Below, piece by piece: positions 14,908 to 32,990 of a stretch of DNA of 64,000 nucleotides (position 1 is the first letter of the stretch; each line of letters opens with the position of its first letter). The notes beneath the pieces are model-generated. The model was given only the letters and a program-made list of their open reading frames with translations. It had not been told where the DNA came from and ran no database searches. The DNA comes from the human T2T-CHM13v2.0 reference genome, Homo sapiens: assembly GCF_009914755.1 (NCBI RefSeq), contig NC_060943.1. One strand, written 5' to 3'. A program made the position numbers and the translations under genes.

Positions 14908-17678
14908 GTGTCAGCAAGAGGAGAGGGCTGTAGAGCATAAGTAGCCTGGCCTGCACTGGAGACCAAGGTGAGGGATGCAGTAGGTTTGCCACCCTACAGG
15001 CTCAGCATGCCTTCATGGGCGCTGCCTGTGGAGCAGTCCCATCCCCAACCAGTGCATTGGTGCCTCAGTTACCCAAACCCTCAGGTAAGCAGAATTGATG
15101 AACATCTCTAATGAAGGATCACTGCAGCTCCCCTTCAGAGGAATATGTATCAGGTAGGCTGGTTTAGTGCAAGGGCTAGTGTACACCTTGCAAGTACGCA
15201 GAAGGAACTAAAAAATGTATGTACAAAGTAAGGGAAATTTATACTAGCACTTAATGATTGGTCAAAATATTAAGTTGCCTTGAAGTATTTTATTACAATG
15301 GAAAAATCTTAACCAAATTTTCTTAAAAGCTTTAAAGCAGGCAAAACAAACCTAATTTTTCAAAAACTCATCAGTTCATTTGCATGGATAGTAGTAGCTG
15401 TTTCAAAGGCACTTGAGATGTACAGACAAGCCTGATACAAACAGTAGCCCTATGAGGTGGGTGCCATTATTATCCCCACTTTTAAGATGAGGACACTCAG
15501 ACGCTGGTCTTTATGTTCACACAGCTGGTGGGAGCCAGCACTGAGATCTGAGTATCTGAAGTTAGAGAGGTAACCCAAAATCATTCCTGCCAAAGGGCAG
15601 GGTAGGCAGGGCTTAGGGAAACAGTTCAGTCGATGAGATCCCACTGTGGGAACCTGCCACTCCCAGCTTCCCTCCTCTTGTGAGGTTGCCATGGTGGCAG
15701 AAACTTATGATTCCTACCTAGATGAGAGTAGATTGTCTCAGGCCCTCACTTAGCCCAACACACCCCCATTATCTCAGCAACTCAGTGTGGAGAATGATAG
15801 TGTTCTGGGACTCTTCAGTGTCCCTTCTGCCTACCGTTCTTGGAGGTCCTGCAGTCACCCAAAGCTCTGTGTTGTAAATTCTGTTTTGGAATTATGTGGA
15901 AGGGTTTCTATTTCTGGCAAGCAATGGGATGAAATGTGGAACATTATCTCAGGCATAGGAACCAGCATGTGCAAATACTTAACTTAAGGCTAAACTAGGA
16001 GTGTTCAGGGAACCTCAGGCCTCCATTATGTCTGGTGGGATCAGACAGCAGGGACAGGATTCAGCCCAGAAATGGCAGCCTGAGGATCTGGGTTTGTATG
16101 CTGAGAGAATTGGGAGCCACTGCAGGTTTGGAGCTAGGAGGGAGTGATCTGACTTTGGTCTTAACCAACTTCCTCTGTACAGTGAAAAAAGACTGTGGGA
16201 GTGAGGATGAAGGAAGGAATACCACTGAGGAGCTTAATGCAACAGTTCAGGTTGGACCAGAGTGGTCGCTGTAGAGGTGGGAGATGTGGATGGATTCTGA
16301 ATCATTTTTCTTAAAGTGGGACCAACCAGATTTTCTGATGTGGAAGATGAGAAAGAAAAGGCAAGGGGTGAAGGAAGACCCTGGATTTTTTAGTCTGAGA
16401 AGATATAAAGATGCCATCAACTGAAGTGACAAAGTTGGTGGTAGGAGTACCTTTCAGAGGTAATATCAGGAGTGCAGTTTGGCTATGTGGAATCTACCAT
16501 GTTCCAAAGACACTTGAGTGGAGGTGTCAAGTAGACAGCTGGACACAGAGATCTGAAGTTCAGAGAAGGGATTCAGGTTGGAGCTATCCACAGGGTGGCA
16601 GCCAGCATGTGGATCAGGATGGAGCTTTGCTTCCAATTTAGAGAGAGAATCTTTAGGTCATGGTGACAGTGCCATCAGCACACTGTAAGGGCAGACACAG
16701 CAGGGTAGAGGTAGGGGCCATCTTAGAGTCTAGAAGAGGGAGGGAAATGTCCCTGGGAGGAAGGGGAATAATAGGGTCAGGCAGGTGGCAAAGCGTTCCA
16801 GGCAGAGAGTGGATGTGAGGTGAAGTACTGTAGTAATAGAAGTGAGGTGGCAGTGAGGCCAGAGCCAGTGCTTATTCAGCTCTTTATGTGCTCCTCAGGC
16901 TTCCATGGTGACCTTTGGTGGGACCTGTGGAGTTTCAGTCAAGCTAGTGAATTAGCCCAGGGACAGATTGGGTCAGTAGGCAGAATCCCTGTGCTTGGGG
17001 TAGGTGCCCAGTGAGTGTAGGTTTTGAATGAGTTAAATGTTGAGAAGCCTGTGACTGACCTCAGTAGTACAACAACAAAGCAGAAAAGGGCTGAGTTTAT
17101 CTGGGATCTGCACATGGTTCTGGATTGCTGAATTGACCCATGAAATAGAGCCAGGAGGGGAAGATTTAATAGGTGGATTCAGGGCAACCCATGGCAGTGT
17201 GGCCGTTGATCAGGACCAGATGTAATCCTGGATGCATTATCCAAGCATTCTCTGGATGCTGTGTGCAGATTTGCATGTGGGGAAGCCATGGAGGTACCAG
17301 TGTTGTGGGTGTCCATAGATGTAAAGGAGGTATAGCCAAAAGGGTGATGTGCACATGGAGATGGAGTGTGAATTCATGAGCCCAGAGCTTTGGTATGGAG
17401 GGTTTCTGAAAGAATGCTTAGCTCAGGTTTGTGTATGAGGAATAATCTGTTGATCCCCAGGGAGCTGGCTGATAGGAGAAGGGTTGGGTCCTACATACCA
17501 GGCCCATGGTGTTTTATCTGTCCACTTGCCTGTTCTGAGCTGGACAAAATGATTAATGGAATATGAGTCGAGAACAGGCACCAATCACACCAGGGCCTGT
17601 TATCTCATTTGAGTTAGATGTGACAAGGAGTCCTGGAGAGAGAGGCTGTCCTTAAGCTCAGTTGTCCACCTCACACAG

Positions 17679-17806
17679 GGCTATGTGACCTTCAAGGATT
17701 TATTTGTTTACTTCTCTTAGGAGGAATGGGAGCTGCTGGATGAGGCTCAGAGACTCTTCTATTATGAAATAATGGCTTCTGTGCTTCGCATTTATAGTCT
17801 CCCTGG
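17679..17806 (+). pseudogene. Dead KRAB-A exon of ZNF134
   Basis: cacacag|GGC TAT GTG ACC TTC AAG GAT...: [31 protein letters not shown], then +1 frameshift to FAFIVSLG|gtaag. TAG at 17718-17720; 128 nt. Confidence 0.9.
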
Positions 17807-18397
17807 GTAAGGCCCCAGTATCCCATTTTTCTGGGCTGGGTCCTACTCTTCCTTTTTGCCCTAGGGGTTGCTCTTTCCTTTCCATAGCTAGAGCATGGGT
17901 ACTGCTCTCTTCTCTGATTCCCTCACATAGGTCCCCTGGGTGCCTAGGCTCAGCTAGATGCATTGGCCCCTCTCTTCCCTGTGTTCCTCAACTCCTGCTG
18001 CCCTGAAGCCTTGCCAGGAAGGGTTTGGAGGTCAGGGGTCCTAAGGTGACCCAGTGAATTCTGCTTGGCCTCTCCCTGGCCAGGTGACTGTCCACACTCA
18101 TGACACCTCTGGACTCCAGGCTCCACCCGCTTCCTCTAATTGTAATTTCCTTGAGTCTGCCTGTGTCCTCAATTTCAGTCATCATGGTCACCACTTGTGG
18201 GCCCACTGCACTGTTCCTGCAGGACAATTTTCTGAGGTTCATTTTGTAGCATTTGTTTTCTTGCAATTTTGCATGGGTGGGCTACTCTGGCTAGTGCTCT
18301 CAGCCTGTTTCACCTTTCCCCTATGCTTTGTATCTTCCAGATCCTCTGTGGTTGTTGAATTGTAACAAGAGAGAGAACTCTGGCTGCCTGAGAGGGC

Positions 18398-18437
18398 ATG
18401 ACTCTAGTCACAGCAGGAGGGGCTTGGACAGGCCCTG
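18398..18437 (+). CDS. ZNF134: ZNF134 first coding segment MTLVTAGGAWTGP(G), within exon 18341-18437 (former KRAB-B exon)
   Basis: ATG at 18398; donor G|gtgagt at 18438. 40 nt + 1244 nt = 427 aa + stop, matching the recalled ZNF134 N-terminus and length. Confidence 0.88.
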
Positions 18438-19088
18438 GTGAGTGGGAGCTGAGGGACGCCATAACCTCAGGGCTGGGTTCCTGTAGTTCCGGAAACCTAT
18501 GTTGTGCCCATCACAAGTGCCAAGGCCAGAGGCCCTAACTTATTTCTACCTTTTTATCCCCATTCTGTACACTCTTGTCATTTCTAATCTGACTTCTGAC
18601 CCAGGGCTGTCTTCTCCCATTCTCTACCAGAGGGGCTCTAGTAGAGCAATAGCTCTCTCTGCGATGCTTTCCAATATTGTACTACACTTACACTATTGTG
18701 TCATAAGATGTGTGCATATCTGTAAATAGTCCCTGAACACGTTACTTATTTTTAATCACATTTTCCTGGGCCTGTACTCACATTTCGCATAGGAGTCACC
18801 TGTCACCCACAGTCAGCCAAGGTCCTGCTAAAAGTCATTGCAGAGGATTAAGTTGGAGACCTTGTACTACACCCCATCCTCGTGTCTTTGTTTCTTGTGA
18901 GGCCATCTCCATTCTGTGACTCTTAGATTCCAGTACTGTACAGCAGCCCTTTTTTCAACCTGATCCTAGCTCTGTTCCACCAGGAAACTTAGGTACTCAG
19001 TCCTGGGTACAGCAGACACATATTTGTGATGTAGTTGCCCCACCCACCAAAGTCAGCATGTACATCAATAGTATTTTTCTGCCTTCAG

Positions 19089-20332
19089 GTTGTTGGCATG
19101 AAGTGAAGGATGAAGAGTCATCTTCTGAACAGAGCATTTCTATAGCAGTGTCACATGTTAATACTTCCAAGGCAGGTTTGCCCGCACAGACGGCTCTCCC
19201 TTGTGACATATGTGGCCCCATCTTGAAAGATATTTTGCACCTGGATGAACACCAGGGTACACACCATGGACTGAAACTTCACACATGTGGGGCATGTGGG
19301 AGACAATTCTGGTTCAGTGCAAACCTTCATCAGTACCAGAAGTGTTACAGTATAGAGCAACCCTTAAGAAGGGATAAAAGTGAGGCCTCAATTGTGAAGA
19401 ACTGCACAGTTAGCAAAGAACCTCATCCGTCAGAGAAGCCCTTTACGTGTAAGGAGGAGCAGAAAAACTTCCAGGCTACTTTGGGTGGCTGCCAACAAAA
19501 GGCCATCCACAGTAAGAGGAAGACACACAGGAGCACTGAGAGTGGGGATGCATTTCATGGTGAACAAATGCATTACAAGTGCAGTGAATGTGGGAAAGCT
19601 TTCAGCCGCAAAGACACACTTGTCCAGCACCAGAGAATTCATAGTGGAGAGAAGCCTTATGAGTGCAGCGAATGTGGGAAAGCCTTCAGCCGCAAAGCTA
19701 CACTTGTCCAGCATCAGAGAATCCATACTGGAGAAAGGCCTTATGAATGCAGCGAATGTGGAAAAACCTTCAGTCGAAAAGACAACCTTACTCAGCACAA
19801 GAGAATCCACACTGGAGAAATGCCTTATAAGTGCAATGAATGTGGGAAATATTTTAGCCATCACTCCAATCTAATTGTACACCAGAGAGTTCACAATGGA
19901 GCAAGGCCTTATAAGTGCAGTGATTGTGGGAAAGTCTTCAGACACAAATCTACACTTGTTCAGCATGAGAGTATTCACACTGGAGAAAATCCTTATGATT
20001 GCAGTGATTGTGGGAAATCCTTTGGCCACAAATACACCCTCATTAAACATCAGCGAATTCACACTGAGTCAAAGCCGTTTGAGTGCATTGAATGCGGGAA
20101 ATTCTTTAGTCGAAGTTCTGACTATATTGCACACCAGAGGGTTCACACTGGTGAAAGGCCTTTTGTGTGCAGTAAATGTGGGAAAGACTTTATCAGAACC
20201 TCCCACCTTGTTCGACACCAAAGAGTTCACACTGGAGAAAGGCCATATGAGTGCAGTGAATGTGGGAAGGCCTACAGCTTAAGCTCCCACCTCAATCGGC
20301 ACCAGAAAGTTCACACTGCAGGCAGGCTTTAG
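19089..20332 (+). CDS. ZNF134: ZNF134 terminal exon: spacer plus 9 tandem C2H2 fingers
   Basis: Acceptor gccttcag|GT at 19089; ORF 19058-20332 ending HTAGRL*. Confidence 0.93.
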
Positions 20333-20827
20333 GAGTGCTTTGAATACAACAGGACTCATCAATCAGATGTTGAATTTCATGTATCTGAACATTGACACAA
20401 AGGAGATACCTTATGGTGCCAGGTACGTGGGAACCTTCTAGGGATATGTTGCACTTTCTGACTTGCTCAGGTTTTTTGCCAGAGTTATGTCACTGTCAAT
20501 CCATGTGGCCGAAACCATCTTAACTCTACCAGCTAAGATACCCCAGCATTGGGGAAGGCAGGGTTTTGTATTGTCCAGTCCCTGGAGAAAATCATGAAAT
20601 GCCTGAGTTCATTGGGGGTCCTCATTCCCTTCTGTATGACAGGTATAGGTATGGATATGACCCATTTTTAGCCAAGAGGGTCTGAGCTGTATCTGCTGGT
20701 GGCTTATACAAAAAGTTTACTTTCTTCATGGATATTCTTGGTCTCACATACTTGTAATCAAGTTTTTCCAGCCTCCAAGTCACCTGGCCTGGGAAAGTAC
20801 TTGCCTCATGTTGCTCTGGTTTGTGAT

Positions 20828-20833
20828 AATAAA
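20828..20833 (+). terminator. Candidate poly(A) signal AATAAA, ZNF134
   Basis: gtgatAATAAAggc; same paralogous position as 41673 (ZNF211) and 7174 (ZNF530, GATAAA). Confidence 0.55.
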
Positions 20834-21885
20834 GGCTTTACAGTTTAAGCCACATTTAATCTTGGGGCTTCTTCTTATGGTCTGGGGTGGATTGAAAACA
20901 GGCTCTGCCAAACTGAAGACAGCCTTTGTGCGGTGCCTCCAACTTTGCCTCAAATGGGACAGTGGGTTGAGGGAGAACAGTTCTTAGTCCAGTTTTGATG
21001 TTAACTTCCATAGCTGACAAAGCTTGTTAAGTAAGAATTAAGATCTTGTGTAGACCTGATTTGTCTGGATTTTAGAGTTATTTGAGAGCCCATATTTCAC
21101 CTTGAGGAGGGTGCTGCTGCTGTGACAGCCTGCAGTGTTTTGAAACAGCATGGATTGGGTGTCTTGTTTGCAGCATGTGTCCCATGTTCCCCAACACTGT
21201 TGAGGGAAAGCTGTTCCTCAGGACCTGCTGAGTGGCCATATTCCCTGAAGGCCTGAATCTGTTTCACAGGCCACTGTTGGTAAGATCTAAAGCATCCAGT
21301 AGGGAAACAAAATTGATAAATATTGAGTGTGAGTAATTGGGATTGGGGAGATTGTGGCAAACTAGAGGGGAAGTGCCCATTGTAAAAACACATCCACAGA
21401 CAGTCCAGGCACTAAGGCTGAATGGGATCAGGGTATCCAGAAATCTCAGGATCTCCAGGGCCATGTTACTGTTAGGTCAAGGTCACTGGTGCAGCAACGA
21501 ATGTAGTTTTTCTAGATTCCTCTCCCTCCCTGGGCTCTTTACCTAATGTCTTTGCGGCACAGGCGGTAACCCTGGGAGTAAAGAGGTGTGGTCCAAGGAA
21601 GTAGCTTTTGTGACCAGCTGGAGTTTCTGGTGACTCTTTTGGCAATGGTCCTCATTGTTTGCCAGTTTTTCTTACTACTGAGGAAGAGATTGTCTTCCCA
21701 AGATATTTGGAGTGATAAGAGTCACCATAGTGAGGTAGAGTCACTCTTAGTGATGTCCAGTTGTCCAGTTTCCAATAGAAGTGGGAGATCCAGATTTTTA
21801 AATGGGATAACTTTTTATAGGTTCACTGAGGTGTAATCAACATGCAATATATTGCACATATTTAAAGTGTACGAGTTAAGTCTTG

Positions 21886-21887
<2 letters not shown>

Positions 21888-21923
<36 letters not shown>
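21888..21923 (+). repeat. (CA)n microsatellite
   Basis: Read directly. Confidence 0.95.
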
Positions 21924-21926
<3 letters not shown>

Positions 21927-22339
21927 AAACTATCACCCTATCAGTGGTATTGGACATATCTGTTACCCCCAAAGTTAACCTGAGGCCCTTAACCTTTCTC
22001 TCAGTGCTCGCCTTCCCCCAGAATCCCTAGGCAACCACTGAGTAGTTTTCACTGTAGGTAAATTTGTCTTTTCTAGAATTTTATGTAAGTCTGCCTATAA
22101 AGTGTTAATTTTGCATGCTGTCTTTCATGCAACATAATTTGAAATTTGTCCATGGTATGTATGAACAGTCCATTTTAAAATTACTGAGTCATATTCTGTA
22201 TGGATATACCACAGTTTATCCATTTATCTTAATTGATGTCTGTACTCCACCCCCATTTTTAAATATTAAAAAGCTGCTGCAAATATTGATGCATGAGTCT
22301 TTATGTGGACACTTAGCTGAGAACATTTTTAAGCAGAGG

Positions 22340-23845
22340 TTTTGAAGGTGTGACCATATATCTTACTAATTATAGTAAAATATATTGGAAAAGAGATACA
22401 TACAGGGAAGAACTGTGAAACAGAAAAGACCTAAGATTTGATGATTTGGGAAATTCTCAGCCCATCTTAATTGGAAAAAAAAAACAAACCATTGAAATTA
22501 AGAGATTCATTGTTAGGAAAGATAGATGTTTTAGAGAGAGAGATGTTTTAGAGAGATAGCCAAGGATGTTTGCTGATACCGGGATCAAAACATACATCAG
22601 AACACTGTCACACAAAAAGCTCTTTGAAGAGATTAAATGTGACTTGTAGATCCCCTCAATACAAACAATTTATAAGAAGTTTAAACTATCACTCATCTCA
22701 GCAAAAGCCAAAAATATAGATAGGGGATTCCCTAGGAGGAATAATCTGCATAAACCTCTTTTCTAATGTTGTGAATTTCAGTGATGTACAGGAGACTCAC
22801 AAAATTCTTGAAAATTTTATACCAGTGGAAATGCTCACCTTGGGTCTAAAGGGACCTTGAAAGTATGAAGTTAAAGGGTGTAGGCATGTAAAGTGTGAAG
22901 TTAAAGGTTGTAATATTCTATACATGGGACTGGCTGCGGAAACAGGTGCAAGCCCTTGCTACCTTTCATGAGAAAGGAAGGATGACTCAGAGCAGAGGAG
23001 AGTCCAGTGGGCAGAGTCCTGAACCATGTGATATTCCCATGTCTTGACTCCCAGTGGCATTTGCCAAACTAGATTTCAGATTTTCTTGGGATTGGTGGTT
23101 CCATTTTTTTTGTTTTCCCCCCTTCCATTTCCTCCCCTTTTGAAACAATGCATATACATATAACTATTATCCTAGGTCTTTCCCAACCTTTTGTTTGGGA
23201 GCAGATAACTAGTTTTCTAGTTTTACAGATCCAAATGAGACAGGAATAGCACTGGGTGGTCACAGGAGGATGGAAAATCTCAACACCCTGGTTTTGGTGC
23301 AGCTGAAAAAAAAAAAGAAAAACCCAAACAACAGCTAAAACGGGAACTAGGCAAAGAAACCGTGGGATAACAGAAAACCCAAAACAAAAGAGAAAACTGC
23401 CAGAACCCCAGTCAGGGTGACATGTCTGTAACTCTTCCAGGCAAACCCAAATAAGGGAGGAGGGGTGGTAATCAGGGGTCCCTGAAATCCCCTCTTTTCC
23501 CAGAATACCTAATGATTACCCCTATTAAAGGAACACCCATACAATTAGAAACCCAAACTTTGTTTTGCATGACTTGCTCTCAGGGGCACTCCCACACTTC
23601 TCTCTTGTGTGTACTTTTGCTTCACAATAAAAGCTGCTTGCCTTTGCTTCACTGTGACTCGTCACTGAATTCTTTCAATGGTGTTAAGAACCTGGATGCT
23701 GCTGGGGCTGGGATCTCACCAACAATGTCCAGAGACCCCCCCGAACCCCCCAGCAACACAGAGAAGAATTGTGCCCCAAGATGGGATTATACCTAGAGCC
23801 TCATCCATATTGGACTTAGACAATTTAGATGAAATTGGAGACTTT
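22340..23845 (+). mobile_element. MaLR internal fragment with a nested ERV1 solo LTR (23236-23758)
   Basis: MLT-int-like gatttgatgatttgggaaattctcagccc; inner tgagacaggaatagc...cagcaaca with AATAAA at ~23626. Confidence 0.55.
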
Positions 23846-23886
23846 AGCTCAGTGTGGAGGCGCACACCTGTAGTCCCAGCTGCTCA

Positions 23887-23988
<102 letters not shown>

Positions 23989-24088
23989 TCAAAAAAAAAT
24001 CATAAAATAGTAAAAGGCATCAAATTTTTGAGGGGAAATACCTATTGGTGAACTGAAAACTCGACAACAGTTCTGGTGTGTGGGATAA

Positions 24089-24256
<168 letters not shown>

Positions 24257-24699
24257 TAGCTGGGATTACAGGCATGCACCACCACGCCTGGCTCATTTTG
24301 TATTTTTAGTAGAGACAGGGTTTCTCCATGTTGGTCAGGCTGGTCTTGAACTTCTGACCTCAGGTGATCCGGCTGCCTTGACCTCCCAAAGTGCCAGGAT
24401 TACAGGCATGAGCCACTGTGCCTGGCCTTTTGGGATTGGTTTAAAGAGCTGTGGAAGACAATTGAGCAATTACCACAGAGATTAGCAATGGAGTTCCTAG
24501 TATATTTGAAAATGAATAAAATTGTTCCTGGGAAAATTAACAATAGTGATCTCAGTCTAAATTACAGAGTAAGCAATTCAGAGAGGATAATATGCCACAT
24601 ATGCATAGATTTGTTTAAAACAGTAAATTATATAGCACTGTAAAAATTGAAAAAAATACTATTAGAACAACAAACAATTAGGTTGATGAAGCACAATAA

Positions 24700-30192
<5,493 letters not shown>

Positions 30193-31276
30193 GGTAGGAG
30201 GTGAAGCAATATGTAATGGTTGGTTCTGTAATATAGGCCCAGCCAAGAACTCTAACCTTTTTCCTAAAAACAATGACAAGCCCATTGTGAGATCTAACCA
30301 GATGTACAATAGTAGTCATTCCACTTATAAATTTTTGTAGTAAATGTGTAAACAAATACATTATATATTTGATAAAATCATTTCACAACTTTTAATTTTA
30401 TTTTATTTTACTGGTATTAATTTGTCCTAAAGGATCATTTTTATTGTGAAACGTAAAATTTGATCTATCTAATATATATAAAATGTATATGTGTACATTT
30501 AACAATGTGCATATATGTACCTTAAAATAATATAAACTTTCTGGGCGACGGAGTGAGGCCCTGTTTAAAATAATGATAATAATTTGATATTTTATGCATT
30601 AAAAACTTTTGTCTGGGCATGGTGACTCATGCTTGTAATCTCAGCAGTTTGGGAGGCTGAGGCAAGAAGATTGCATGGCCCTAGGAGTTTGAGACTAGCC
30701 TGGGCCCTATAGGGAGACTCCATTCCTACAATAATTTTTTTTTTAACTAGCCGGGTGTGGTGGTGTGCTTGTAGTGCCAGCTACTCAAGAGGCTGAGGTG
30801 GGAGGATCACTTGAGCCCAGGAAGTGGAGGCTGCAATGAGCTATGATTGTTCCACTGTACTCCAGCCTGGACAACAGAGTGAGACCCTGTCTCAAAAAAA
30901 AATTAAATGTTTTGATTATACAAGGAAAATGAACATTCATGTATTAAAGCTTCATGTTTTATGAACAAAACTGACTTTGCAGGCAGGAGAGCGTTTTCTG
31001 GGGGCACCAGAAGCAGGGAACTTCCCTTGTCCGTTGGCTTCAGGGCTGCCCACTATCCCTCCACTATCTTCCCATTGTAGCCCTGTCTGGTGTCTTTTGT
31101 CCCTGACAAAACCTACAAAAAGTGACTTTAACACTTCAGGCTGCATGCATTTGAAGAGCAATAAGATAACGTTTTTTCGCTTCCCACTACCAGTGGAGAT
31201 CTGCTGGGGTGGGCTGCATGGAATCTGAAATGATGTCTAAATACTGAAGTGAACCTCTACACTAGAGACTGATATA

Positions 31277-31881
31277 CAGCTGACCCTTAAACGACGCAGG
31301 GGTCAGGGATACCGACCCCTGCGGAATTGAAAATGCTTGTATTACTTTTGACTCCCCTAGGTCTTAACTACTAATAGCCAACTGTTGCCCGGAAGCCTTA
31401 TGAAGTTGCCCGGAAGCCTTATGAATTACATAAACTCCCAGTCGATTAACACATTTTGTATGATATATGCATGATATATGCATAATATATATGATATATG
31501 CATTTTGTATGATATATGCATTATATATATTTTAGTATAAGAACTATACTTGTACTAAAACAGACCAGAGAAAGGGTATCAGGAAAATTGTAAGAGGCTC
31601 GTTGACATTACACCCAATTAAAAAAAGGAAAATAAAAGAATACGGAAGGGAAAATACATTTACTAATCATTAAGTGGAAGTGGATCATCATAAAGGTCTT
31701 CATCCTTGTGTTCTTCATGCTGGGCAAGAGAATGAGGTCTTGCTGTCTCTGGGGCAAGAGGTCGGGGAGCTGGAAGAGGCAGGAAAAGGAGCACACTCGA
31801 AGTAACGTTTATTGGGGAAAAAAAACGCCTACGTGTAAATGGACCCGCACAGCTCAAACCTGTGTTGTTCAAGTGTCAACC
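31277..31881. mobile_element. Tigger3/MER7-like DNA transposon
   Basis: TA-flanked inverted termini cagctgacccttaaacgac / gttgttcaagtgtcaacc. Confidence 0.7.
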
Positions 31882-31899
31882 TACTTAAGACCTCAAACA

Positions 31900-32620
31900 C
31901 CGAAGCCCCTCAGTCGCCCTGGAAGGCAGCAGACGCAGCTTCCTAGCGCTCCCAGCTGTCTGCACACAAGGCGCCCTCCGTCGCAGCCTGGGGGAGACTA
32001 CATTACCCAGAAAGCCTTGCGTCGAGCGGCAGTACTTTGATCCAATGAAAATCCAAGACAGGGGCATTTCCGTGTGGGTCTACCCCCGCCCCCCCCAGGG
32101 CGGGACTTGTGGCGTCTTCGCAGCGGTCATTTTGGCTGCCCTCCCGGAGGTCCGTTCTGTCTGTCAGCCGCTTTGGTACGCTGCATCGGGATCGAAGTGA
32201 CGGACCGTGAAGGCGCGAGAGTCAGGTCTGAGGGTCGGGGGCAGAGCCGCCCGCGAGGCCGGCCTGGGGATAGCGATGCTCGGGTTCCCCCCGGGTCGCC
32301 CGCAGCTCCCGGTCCAGCTCCGCCCACAGACTCGGATGGCGACCGCACTGAGGGACCCGGCTTCGGTGAGCGCTGCGATCTCCGGGCCTCCCCCGGCCGA
32401 GATTCTTAAGTCCCAAGTGAGAGGCACCAGCTCACGTCTCTGTAGCACAGGGTCGGGGACACTGAGGCTCGTGGGTGGGGCCCCTATTTCTGACATCCGA
32501 TGTGGTGGGCAGGGGGACAAGGGACAGGACCGGCGCGTGCAGGGCTTGGACGGGCAACCGAGAAGGGGGCATTCAGGAACCTGGGCTCCACATTGTTACT
32601 GCAGGGAACAAAGTTTGAGA
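31900..32620 (+). promoter_or_regulatory. ZNF211: ZNF211 CpG-island promoter / exon 1
   Basis: CpG-dense; ZNF143/THAP11-type ACTACATTACCCAGAAAGC at 31997-32015; GC boxes at ~32083-32105. Confidence 0.88.
32276..32365 (+). CDS. ZNF211: ZNF211 coding exon 1 ([30 protein letters not shown])
   Basis: ATG at 32276, second in-frame ATG at 32336, donor TCG|gtgagc. 90+127+1478 nt = 564 aa + stop. Confidence 0.88.
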
Positions 32621-32951
32621 GAGATCTACCTTTATTCTTAGGGCCGTGGGAGCCATAGAGAGCTTGCGCAAACGAGAGACACCATCTGAGTTAAATTTGA
32701 AAAATCCTCTGCAGGCTGTTCAGTGGAAGAAAAGACTTTAGAGATGGATGAGGACGTTGAGGCAGAGGGAGGTTGAATATTTTTCCAAGGCCACACAACT
32801 GGTGAGAGGCAGCACTAAGGACCGAGGCGCACAGGTTAGACAGTCGACCCAAAGTTACGTGGCTCTGGGCCGGGGCAAGGGTACAGGGAAGGCCTGTGCC
32901 CATGGAGCACTGCCATGATCACATTCCTCTGAGGCCTGCGTCTTTCCACAG

Positions 32952-32990
32952 GTTCCCATAGCTACAGAGGTGCTTTTCAAACTTACACAG
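32952..32990 (+). CDS. ZNF211: ZNF211 39-nt alternative in-frame exon (VPIATEVLFKLTQ)
   Basis: tctttccacag|GTT...CAG|gtaagt; phase 0/0; strong splice sites. Confidence 0.75.

Noticed and set aside
16000-17640. Similarity of ZNF134 intron sequence to 60-590 and 2380-3200
   Set aside because: Explained by ordinary paralogy and shared old L2 fragments.
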